NCBI GenBank assembly: GCA_038496445.1
Contig: JALMLS010000271.1
Span: 145,883-209,882, forward strand
Direction of reading: 5' to 3'
DNA length: 64,000 nucleotides
From: Trichosphaerium sp. ATCC 40318
Taxonomy: Eukaryota; Protista; Tubulinea
Shown here: piece after piece, positions 53,840 to 64,000 of the stretch
Position numbering within the stretch: position 1 is the first letter of the stretch
Layout: the number at the start of each line of letters is the position of its first letter
Position numbers and translations under genes: made by a program
The notes under the pieces: generated by a model
Database searches by the model: none
What the model saw: the letters and a program-made list of their open reading frames with translations, nothing else
What the model was told of the DNA's origin: nothing

Positions 53840-56800
53840 TCATGATAAGTCGAAACCAGCAGCTGCCTATAGTTTGCAGTTAGTGCGTGTTGCGAATAAC
53901 AAGACACTTGCCTTTACAGCTTGTAGCAGTTTGTACTTCATAACCTCGGCTGATGAGTAGCTTCCAGACAGTTTTAGAAAATTCAAACACGCTACACGTC
54001 AAGTTAACAAGTTTTTAATCCTAGACATGTCAAAGTGAACGCACTATTTGCTGTTGGAAGGTGTGCAGGGCCGCTAACTTGGCGATGAATGCAAACTAAA
54101 TTATGTGTCAAACGAGGAATTCATTTTTTTGTTTAAATAACGTTTTGCTTCTTTACGCACATTTTGGGTTTAACATTTCAAAACCGAGAGGTGGTGGCCT
54201 AGGCGAGCTCGTTGTAAATTGAAGCAATTCCTTCATTAACACAAAATAAGCACAATACTGTTTAAAAACGGCTCTCAGCTCGTTCAAAGCTCGTACCGCA
54301 CGCTCTTTAGGTTCGAGTGATTTGACAATGCTCCAAAACCACCGTATGGATTCGTGGTCGGCGTGAAAACCGTTGCTGTACTTGGTATTCTGTCGCCAGT
54401 TCGCAACGTCAATGTCTTGTCCAGGTTTTCCACAAAGTACAGACGCTAGATCAGTCTGACGCAAAATCGTTAGTTGGTGATGATGGTTTGTGTTTGTGTA
54501 CGTACAGGAGTGAGGCCCACGGTCCATTGTTGCGGGATGACTTGCCGAAAACCTTGAGCAATGTACTCAACTGATTCCTTTATAGATCCTTCCACAAACC
54601 ATCGATATGACAATGACACAAAGCTAGAAATATTGTCTGCAGTCACAGGCTCAACTGGCTCTAACATCCAACATGAGTATTTTTTTTTTAACTTTGATCC
54701 TATAATCCTGCACAAAAGAGGACGCATACCCTTTAGGTTGGCGGAGACTGTCTGGCCCATATATTGCATTGATTGAGCAAAGTCCAAGTCCAGCACGTCG
54801 ACTTGATTTCTAGGCAGTTTACGCAAGGAATAGAGCGCCCTGTACATTTTCTTATCGACCTTCAGCAGTCCAATAGGCAACGGTTTAAATCCTAACAAAA
54901 GCGCAACCGTGTGCCTAAACATGCAGCGTAAGCAGACTAAAGGGTTACATGTGGAGGTATGTGCCTGGATATTGCTATTGGAAGCTGTACTTGGTTGAAC
55001 ATTGCAAAGCCAATGATTCGACCTATGAACCGCAGCTTTTCTTCTGGAGCGTCCTGTATACAACGCGATATTTGCAACGGCACGGGATACATTGTACCAT
55101 CGTCACCTTGACGCAAGAGCGCAAAGTTAGGATCTAGAATGGCGGCACAAGTGAGTGTGATGAGTTCTTTGACCAATCCCTTGCCAATACCGGCTTCTTC
55201 TTCTCCACTCTCGGCCATAAACTGTACCTTAATCTTTGCAGTGAGATCTACTTTGCTGTTGAGCTGTGACATGGCGTCCTGTAGAAGGCGAGATCTACGA
55301 ACACGTATGACCATTCCTGTTGTGTGTTCGTTTTCTCCTCTCATCGCTTGAAACCGCTCCAATACGCGCTCTAATGAAAACAAGTCAGGTCAGCTGAAGA
55401 TGGCAACCTCTTTCTTTACTGCTGGTGCAAAAAAACTTTGCCAACGTACTAATGCGGTATCGGGATGGCAGGAGGTATGGCAAACCTGCATACTCGATTG
55501 CTTGCTGAAGCGCTTGGCTATTGTGCTTCGTAAACGCTTCAAGGCGTGCACGTGTTGGTGCTGCGTTGTGTTCAGCCTTGAACTCTTGCAGTAGAGGTAA
55601 TAGGCGATGCATCTCCTCTGCCACCGTGTTCAACAGACCAGGCGCTTTGCTCTCGTTTGTTTGAAAGCCTAGGGATGAATGTTTAATTACACAGCTCACA
55701 GAACATGTTACTTATTCGAAACGAAGAAAATTTGCTAGGTTGTCATAGGTACCATCAAAGTTTGTATTGCACATGTGAATCAGATGCCTTACAAATCCAG
55801 TTTCTATATTTTCAATTACGCCCACATCAAAGTCTACCAGACCAGACAAAAGGCCCTCTAAATTAATGTTACATCAACGTAATAATACACCCAATTACAA
55901 CATGACAAAAAAAAGAAAACGTGCCTTGTAAGCTGAGGGAAAGCATCAAAAGGTTTGCCTGGCCTTTGCAAGACTTTCTATACGCTGCATTCTCACTTAA
56001 AATAGTGCTCTAGAATTGTTTGTAAAAGAGGTACAGTTTCATTACTAGTTGTAGTGTACCTGGTTAGTTAACATGTTATTCATGAACAAGGATCCATTCT
56101 TTGCGTTCAATGCGGATACCAAAAACTGTCTGAGGCCACTGTTGTCGGGCCCCCGCTGCATGCAACTCAAAATTACACAGGCAGATGATACAACCGTGTC
56201 ATGAAGGTCAGGTGTAACAGCAGAAAGCAGTGTCATAAGGAAAGAAGGCGAAAAAGCGTTCTGTAAGAAGTATTGTATGTTTTTGTTCGACCACATTCCT
56301 TTTTGGTTAGTGCGCCATGTGTCCAGTTGTGTCGCTGCTGTGCCCATTGAAATGCTATCCGCACATGCCAATAATCCATTAACAACTTTATTCACCAGTG
56401 CGCCATCATCCGACATGCCCAAGCCGTTCTTGAAAGCATATTTAGACACCAAGTGCACGAGATGTATTGCACTGTAAACACGCCTTTCGAATCGCAAATC
56501 CATCATCGCTTTCGCTCCTGTGGTTAACGTATCCATTGTGAACTGCGCTACGACACTGCTGTCATACACGCGTCTGTCCAAGCGCTGTAGTTGCAGTACT
56601 TTAGTGAACCACATTCGCGTCCCGTCATTATCATTGGCAACCGCATCTCTATGTAGCCGCAAGCATATCAATTCTAGGTATGGTAGTGTATCACTAATAG
56701 GAATCAGGGCCTTTTCTATGCCGGTGACTGTAGCATCCATCAATTTGACAGTCATTGCGTATGGTATTGTGGATGTTCGTTCTTCTTTAAATAGTGCCAA

Positions 56801-57533
56801 CAACGTGCGCACAGCCAGCGTTCCAATCTCAATTTTGTGTTGTGAAATAAGTTCAAGAAGGAGCGACATAAACCACCTGCCAACAGCACACTTGTAAATA
56901 TTTAAAAAAGCAAGAGTGATCGCCGCGTGTGACGTGCGTACCGTATATAGACGCCGTATCGCCTAGGACATGTGGACTGTACTCGGACGAATGATTGTTG
57001 ACCTAAACAGTAGAAACACGTGAGTGTGTTATGTTATGCGGCGTAGTGTGTTGAAATGGCGTAGTATCGCGTAAATAACAATAAATTACATAATTAATTC
57101 AAAAATAAACGCCTTTGTTTGTAAACGTACCACTTGAATGGTTTTTGACGCTCTGGTCTAACCACTGTAACGTTTGCACTAGTTTTTTGTCATCCGCTTC
57201 AGAACCACGATAAAAAAAGCGCAGGGACGCCAGCGATTGTAAAATGTCTTGTGCGTCGCTAACGTTATCATTTGGAAGATGCCACGCTATTCTTTGTGTA
57301 TCTCTAAAAGCACTATCAATACGCGTGGTTCTCCACCAGCGGAGTATCTAGACAGTGTTATGAACGAAAAAGGCGAATTTCACCCTTACTTTTGTGGCTG
57401 AAGCGCTTCGTTCGCGTTTTTTCTGCCTCTCTATACGCGCTTTCTTTGCTTTGGCGACTAAAGCCTCTCTACTTTCAGCCTGTCTACGCCCGGCCAAATT
57501 TACATTACGCCGTCTATCATTACCAAAAAACAT
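53840..57533 (-). CDS. HECT E3 ubiquitin ligase, UBE3B/UBE3C/Hul5-like
   Basis: N-terminus MFFGNDRRRNVNLAGR + IQ-like motif; HECT motifs VRRSRLLQDA, EEAGIGKGLVKE, LLQFTTSSPRPP, C-terminal GFDLS*. Confidence 0.9.
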
Positions 57534-57683
57534 GCGAGAGTAGTGCGTGAACGCCCCTCCTATGTAACCCAGTAAAGTGTCAGACTCGCTATGAAAAAAA
57601 TATTGCTGTGGGAAAAAAACGCGGAGGTTCGGTTCAAATATTCTTCTCAACTTTTCGTGTTCAAAGACTAAAACCCCATCGCA

Positions 57684-58512
57684 ATGGTACGTACAATTAA
57701 GAGCGAACAGAAGGTTACTGTAGACCCTGATAGTGGCGGTACGTGGGAAAAATACAATAAAAAATTGTAGCTACTTTTTACGCCGTGGTCTGATAGCGTT
57801 CTAGTCGAGGTTACAGTTAAAGCAAGACATGTTACCGTCAAAGGCCCAAGAGGAACCCTCAACAGGCATTTTAAAAGGCAACTGATGGACATTAAGCAAA
57901 AGGACGCAAACACCATCCTTGTAAGCAAATACTTCGGTAGCAAGAAGGAAAACGCTGCTGTTGGTTCAGTTGTCGGTCACATTCAGGTTAGCGTTAATGC
58001 TCAAGCTTTTGGCTTTGTTTGCTAACGTTATATAGAATATGATCACTGGTGTCACAAAAGGCTTCAGATACAAGTTGAGATGCGTATACGCGCATTTCCC
58101 AATCAACACTAGCATCCTCGATGACGGAAAGGGTACGTTCGCATGCGTTACGCGCTAATTTCGCTACTTTATTCTGCAATTGCTGCGTTTTTCTCAAATT
58201 TCAGTGTCGTCGTTTTGTATTTTTAATTTTCTCGCTTCAAATTTCAGTTTTATTAACGCGCGTTTAGTCCTTGAAATCAGAAATTTCCTTGGCGAGAAGG
58301 CTGTACGCAGAATCACCATGTTGGAAGGTGTCAAAGCTGTCCGCTCTGAAAAAATTAAAGACGAAATCTTGATTGAGGGTAACGACCTTGACAATGTATC
58401 ACAATCTGCTGCCAAGGTCCACGATTGCACAATGGTCCGAGGAAAGGATATCAGAAAGTTTTTAGATGGTGTGTACATCAGTGCTAAAGAAAATATTGTA
58501 CAAGACCTTTAA
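57684..58512 (+). CDS. RPL9: 60S ribosomal protein L9 (uL6)
   Basis: [54 protein letters not shown]. Confidence 0.97.
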
Positions 58513-59438
58513 GCATTGCCACAATAAAAAAATTGGTAAAGTAACATTGTTGTACACTTAATTCATACATTTATGTTTTCTTTTTGTACTTGATTTTGTG
58601 TGCCTGCAGTAATTGTTTTTGTCAGAAATTAATATTGTGCTTATTCTTCCTACTCCAACTGTATAGGCAAATGAGGTGTTGTAAATGCCAAACACCAGCA
58701 TTATTCCTATTGTCTCTTGACAAATACCAAAAGCTAAACATAACAATGTGAGCTGACATTAAAAAGCACCAAAGGCTTTTTCCTCCTCTTTCAAGTTATG
58801 ACATAATTACACAGTAAAATGCATCAGTCATGAACATCACTTTCAAAATCCACTTCAAATCCTAAAGCTCATAGACAAGAATATGGAATTTATGTGCACC
58901 TGCCTAAATCAAGTGTATCACCAAACTTAAACCTCAGTAGTAAAATCAAAACTATGTGTCAAAATACCAATTACAGTACTGCTTTGCCAGTGACAGAATC
59001 AAGTAAAATATGAGTGTTTAAAATGTGTGATTTGCAAGGCAACATAAATGATGTTGTGCTGGCCATTGATGTTTGCAAACAAGAACATGATGACATCTCA
59101 ATGTGGGTATGTCAAAAAACAAATAGCATCCTTTTTTTTTTTTTTACAAGCTAGAAGAGTCATCACACAAGTGTTTGGCAGATTTCTTTGTGGAAAGTGG
59201 TCTATCACATCAAAATCATGCAGGAGTAAGCTGGCCTCCACACTTTCTCTCTTCAACTTTACTTTTCAAGCCAACAGTTGTGATTGGTTTTGTTCAATAG
59301 TAAAATTGGGAGTATGGATAATGTACAAATAGAGTATGGGTCAAAAGTATGGGTTCTGTATGGGTTTTGTACAGGTCAAAACATGTGTTGGCAGTTATAA
59401 TTGTGTCCACAAAATAGTAAAAACAATGGATTGGTTTA

Positions 59439-60325
59439 CAGTGGTGGAATCAAACAAAATATGTGTGCCTAAAATGTGCCATTTGCGTGAAAAATAAACA
59501 TGTCCAAAACATGCCCAAAACATGCCATTTGCGTGTTGTATATTTGCAATTAACATGCCCAAAATGTGTCATTTGTGTGTTTTAACCATGTCCTGTTCTT
59601 AATAGAAATTTGGCCAAAAATTCAAAACTCAACCATCTCCCCCCAAAGCTGATTGTCTCCAATTGTTAACAATAAAACATGTATTTTCACCCAAGTAAGC
59701 AGTAGTTAGGTTTGTATCAGCATGGCTTTAAAAGTAGGTGAAAAAATCTAAAAATACCCAATTTCTTGATTTTCCTATTTTTTGTGAATAACTCAGGTCT
59801 ACTAGTATGAATCCTTTAAAAAACGAAGTATGGCCCACTATTAGGTACGATGCATGGTTTTTTGGTGGTTTGGGGTTCAATGCCCATTTTTAAGGCAAAA
59901 ATGATAGAAAATAGATATTTAGGGTTTAATTATGGCTCAATAACTCCATTAAACCTCTTTTTAAAGACAATTATTGGATTTGAGATTTTTTGCCTAATTA
60001 GGTAAGTTTTTGCTTAAGTATTTATGAGAAGGCAGGATTGGCAAAAAACATGGAGTTGGTTGATATAAACTGGGTATCATTTATGTGGGGATAGTTTTAT
60101 GTAAAGTTTGTAATAATTGTACCAAACCTCTTTGTAATTGTTATGTGCTATGTATCGTAATAAATCGTCATTTTCTTTTTTTCTATAAAGTGGTGTTTTA
60201 TGTGTCCAAAACATGCAATATGTGTGGCAAATATGAGTGTCCAAAACGTGTCCAAAACGTTTCTTTGCATGGAAAATAAATGTGCCCAAAACGTGCAATT
60301 CACGTGTTGTCCGATTCCACCACTG
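59439..60325. mobile_element. Non-autonomous TIR DNA transposon (CAGTGGTGGAATC termini, hAT-like)
   Basis: TIR at 59439 and inverted TIR ending at 60325; subterminal CCAAAAC(G/A)TGCCATTTG repeats; no clear TSD. Confidence 0.8.
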
Positions 60326-60350
60326 TTGTTGTTTTTTTAATTATTACAAA

Positions 60351-60397
60351 TACATTTACATTACAACACATTACAATACATTACATTACATTACAAC
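60351..60397. repeat. Imperfect (ACATT)n microsatellite
   Basis: tacatttacattacaacacattacaatacattacattacattacaac. Confidence 0.85.
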
Positions 60398-60650
60398 TCC
60401 ATTTTAATGTTAACAACTATTTCAGAAAAATGCTTGAAACCCATAATTGCCTTTAAAAAGAGGTTTATTAAAGCTATTAGGCCATAATATCCTTAAACTA
60501 CTCCAAATACTTATTTTCTGTTGTTTTTGCCTAAAAATGGTGAGCTGATCCCAAACCACCATGAAACCATGCATCATACCTAAATATACCCAATGCTACA
60601 TTTTCTGAGCAGTTCATACAGTCAGACCAAAGTTATGCAATAAAATGTTT

Positions 60651-61835
60651 TTATATTTTACAAAATTCAAAAAAACATTTGGACTTGTTGAGAAACAGAC
60701 CTGAGGCTGATGAAAAACTATTGATCATGTCTAAACATAGTGAAATATCCAAGTGTGATGAAGCAGTAATAAGTGCATCATCAGCAAACAGGATTTGCTT
60801 TAAAAAAAGAAAGATGGCCTTGGCTTCTACCACATCATTGCACTGATTAATCATGCAATTGAGAGGCTCAAGCATAAGAGCAAATAGGGTAGGAGAAAGT
60901 GGGTTACCTTGTCCTGTACCACGTTCGACTTTGAATGTTTTGTTGGAGACAACTCCGTTTATTCTAACAGCAACTTGGATTTGGAGCTGTCCAACAATGG
61001 CTTTAGCCATAACCGGAGAGAGACCAATATGGATGAGGATTAGTATGAGCACATTATGTGCACAGCTATCAAACGCCTTTTTGTTGTCCAATGGGCAAAG
61101 AGAGAGTGGAGTACCTTTATTTTGGTGGGCTTCAACAATTTCCAGCGTGGCAATTTGGTTGTCAACTATATCACGACCTGGAATAAAACCGTTTTGGTTA
61201 GGACTTATCATGCTAGATAAAAACTTGAGTAGCCTGTTGTTGATGACCTTCATGAGAATTTTGTAGTCATTGTTAAGAAGGACAATAGGCCTATAGTTAT
61301 CCAAGAGACTGGGATCATTTTTTTTGTATAAGGGGCATATAACTCCTCTTCCAAACCACTCATGTGGGGAGCCCGACAGAATATCGTTGAACAGTGGACA
61401 AAGATGCTGAGATCTTTGTACAAACACATACCAATACCATCTGGACCAGGTGCTTTGTTAGATGGCATAGACTTGATGGCAGTAAGTATTTCTTTAAGGG
61501 TAATTGGCTTGGACATGTCAGATGAGATACGCTCCTTAGCATATACTTTCCAATAATCAAGAAACTTTTCCATTAACTCTATATCACCTTCCCAGTGAGC
61601 ATATAAATTCTTTTTATAATACATCAACCCTTTGTTGAGCATGCCAGGCAGTCTGGCATCAAGTGGATGGTTGACAGAGCGACGCAGTTCTTTGATGTGT
61701 TGTGTAGAGTTCTTACCTTTGAGGACTTTGGTGAGGTAAGGAGATGGTACTTTTTCACTGGTAACGCACTTGACCTGCGAACACATTGTTAAAAATTCTA
61801 GACGTTCAGCCATAAGTTCGCAATACTTAGCTATA
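60651..61835 (-). mobile_element. Truncated L1/Tx1-like non-LTR retrotransposon ORF2 fragment (RT), frameshifted
   Basis: KAPGPDG, NYRPIVLLNNDYKIL, QNGFIPGR, LDNKKAFD, GQGNPLSPTLF, LFADD; short deletion near 61405 shifts the frame. Confidence 0.95.
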
Positions 61836-61985
61836 GGCAATATGCTTATTGAGCACATTTTTACTGGGCTTAATACAGTGGTGGAATCAAACAAAATACA
61901 CATGTCTAAAACGTGCCATTTGTGTGGAAAATAAACATGCCCAAAACGTGCCATTTGCATGTTTTAACCATGACCTGTCCTTAAT

Positions 61986-62055
61986 CAGTGGTGGAATCGG
62001 AAAACACGCAAATGGCACATTTTAGGCATGTGTATTTTGTCCGATTCCACCACTG
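61986..62055. mobile_element. 70-bp mini-element with perfect 16-bp TIRs
   Basis: CAGTGGTGGAATCGGA...TCCGATTCCACCACTG; empty site CTTAATAGAAATTT seen in sister copies at ~59598 and (inverted) ~63870. Confidence 0.9.
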
Positions 62056-62389
62056 ATAGAAATTTGGCCAAAAATTCAATATAAAAAAAATGACAAACTC
62101 AAAACTCAACCATCTCACCCCAAAGCCGATCGTCTCCAATTGTTAACAATAAAACATGTATTTTCACCCAAATAAGCAATAGTTAGGTTTGTATCAGCAT
62201 GGCTTTAAAAGTAGGTGAAAAAATCTAAAAATACCCAAAAACCAACAATTTCTTGATTTTCCTATTTTTCGTGAATAACTCAGGTCTACTAGTACAAATC
62301 CTTTAAAAAACGAATTATTTTCAGACAATTACAAATCTCTTGGCAACATTTATAATTGCTGACAACCTACCTTTGTCTCTTGTAGTGTT

Positions 62390-63345
62390 GGTATTCTCTT
62401 AAATCCCGCGATTATAGCGTCATGGCTGGTGTCATGCACAGCCTAGGGTTTGTGGATGCCGCACAGTGGTACGGCAATCCCACTCACACATTTGTTTCTT
62501 CTTTCAGCATGTGTAGCCGCATCGACTATATCTTTGTTAGCCAAAAATGGCTATCCAAAATTAAATGTGTCCACTCGATACGTTTACCAGGTGCCGATCA
62601 CAGCATGCTTCTAGTTACCTTTAATGCTGTACAAACAACGAAAACCGTGGCGACTTAATCCTGTAGTGTGGAAAAAGTCATGTGTCTCCCCTGTCCTGAA
62701 GGATGTGCTCGATAATATGAGCGTGTCCCTGCTGTCCGACTATCGCGAACTCAAGCTGGCGCTTGTCAGTGATGTCAAACAAAACCAAAAGTTGTTTTTA
62801 AAGTCGTGCAATAAATTTTGGCACGAATATACACTTAGGATTGCCAATGACGAGGGCGTCTCACTGCTTGAAGAATCTCGGTACATTGAAATGATGGCTG
62901 AACAACGTGAATTTCTTAACATGTGTTCTCAAGTCGCGCGCGTTACTAACGAAGAGACACCCTCGCCCTATCTCACTAAGGTATTGAAGGACAAACAAGC
63001 CTCACAGCAGATCAAGGAGTTAAGACGCTCTGAAGACCATCCTAATGATGCTAAACTTTCAGGTATGCTCAACAAAGGCCTTCTTTTGTACAAAAAAAAC
63101 TTGTATGCTTCTTGGTCAGGTAATGAAGGTGCCATGAATGAATTCTTAAGTTATTGGAAAGTATACTACAAAGAAATAATCTCTGCCAATATGTCAGCTA
63201 CCATTACAATCAAAGAAATACTCACTGCTATAAAAAGCATGCCAGCCAACAAGGCTCCTGGCCCAGATGGTGTGGGAATGTGTCTTTATAAAGACCTAGG
63301 TCAATCCATTGCTAGACAACTATGTCCTCTTTTTAATGACATTAT
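62390..63345 (+). mobile_element. Second LINE ORF2 fragment (APE endonuclease C-end, linker, start of RT)
   Basis: SRIDYIFVS, ADH, PWRLNP, PSPYLTKVLK, KAPGPDG; paralogous to 61380-61835. Confidence 0.92.
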
Positions 63346-64000
63346 AGTACTTGGAGTGTTAAAATTTTCCCTTTCACACAAATCAAATTTGTGAAAACTT
63401 GATTTGTAAACTCAAATGGAATGTTTGAGAACAAACAACCCAACCTTCACTGCTGATCTTTGGAAAAATAAAGTGACAAAAGACTATTATGCTTTAGTTG
63501 CTTTGCATTGGATATCAAAAATTTTTCCCCAATTAATTAATGTAGCAAAACAATTGGTAAAAGAAATCAAATATGTAATTTCTGGCAAAATAAATAGCTT
63601 TAATTAATGAGTCTAGGCTTGAAAAAGGTGTTTTACCTGTTGCAAAAGTGATTGATGGTGGCAGTAAAGTTTGTAATGGCATAAATAAAAACCAAACCCT
63701 TCTCTAACTTATCTTTGTAGCACACTCCATGATGATACTCCAGAAGTAAAAAAGTATTCAAAGAAGTATTCAAAAAAGTATGTGTTTGTTTGTAATTTTA
63801 GTTTGTGCTAACCTAAGAGATGAATTGTTTTGAGTTTGTGATTTTTTTATTTTTCAATTTTTGGCCAAATTTCTATTAAGGACAGGTCATGGTTAAAACA
63901 CACAAATGGCACGTTTTGGACATGTATTGCAAATATACAACACACAACTGTCAACTGTTTTACCTTTTGCTTTTCAATTGCACAATGCATTATCCTGTTT

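Larger units (their letters stand above)
61876..63950 (+). mobile_element. Decayed hAT-like element: left TIR, transposase remnants interrupted by a LINE fragment, inverted subterminal block
   Basis: TIR CAGTGGTGGAATC at 61876; ITNLLATFIIADNLPLSLV (~62330-62386), TFTADLW..ALVALHWI (~63445), VIDGGSK (~63648); 63850-63947 is the reverse complement of the subterminal block. Confidence 0.7.

Noticed and set aside
60351-60397. (ACATT)n as the 3' tail of the LINE
   Set aside because: The RT is truncated ~250 bp away and unrelated repeat sequence lies between.

Overview
Intron-dense, AT-rich eukaryotic DNA, most likely from an amoebozoan or similar protist. This rests on short introns with GTACGT/GTGCGT donors, a receptor kinase with HRDLAARN and a MidA-like NDUFAF7; the taxon is an inference. 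The window has three zones. (1) About 0-13.5 kb is an accessory island around a serine carboxypeptidase. It holds two inverted, damaged copies of an RxxxxH (HEPN-like) gene, an inverted pair of diverging 8-Cys secreted-protein genes bracketing an intronless coiled-coil/BTB gene, and a frameshifted intronless F-box/LRR gene. (2) About 13.9-58.5 kb is a compact multi-exon gene block: receptor tyrosine kinase-like, two-domain secreted protein, sterol glucosyltransferase (GRAM/PH/GT1 plus an unexpected aegerolysin/actinoporin-like C-terminal domain), UMP-CMP kinase, NDUFAF7, cystinosin, a degenerate inositol-phosphate kinase, MAPK15-like kinase, a 6-Cys secreted peptide, a hAT-type MITE, VPS11, JmjC protein, NAT10 with an RGG tail, PP1, UBE3B/C-like HECT ligase and RPL9. 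(3) About 58.5-64 kb is a nested transposon graveyard (hAT-like TIR elements, a 70-bp mini-element, two L1/Tx1-like LINE fragments) with strong CpG loss, suggesting repeat-targeted 5mC. Exon structures were assembled by eye, and some gene ends are approximate.
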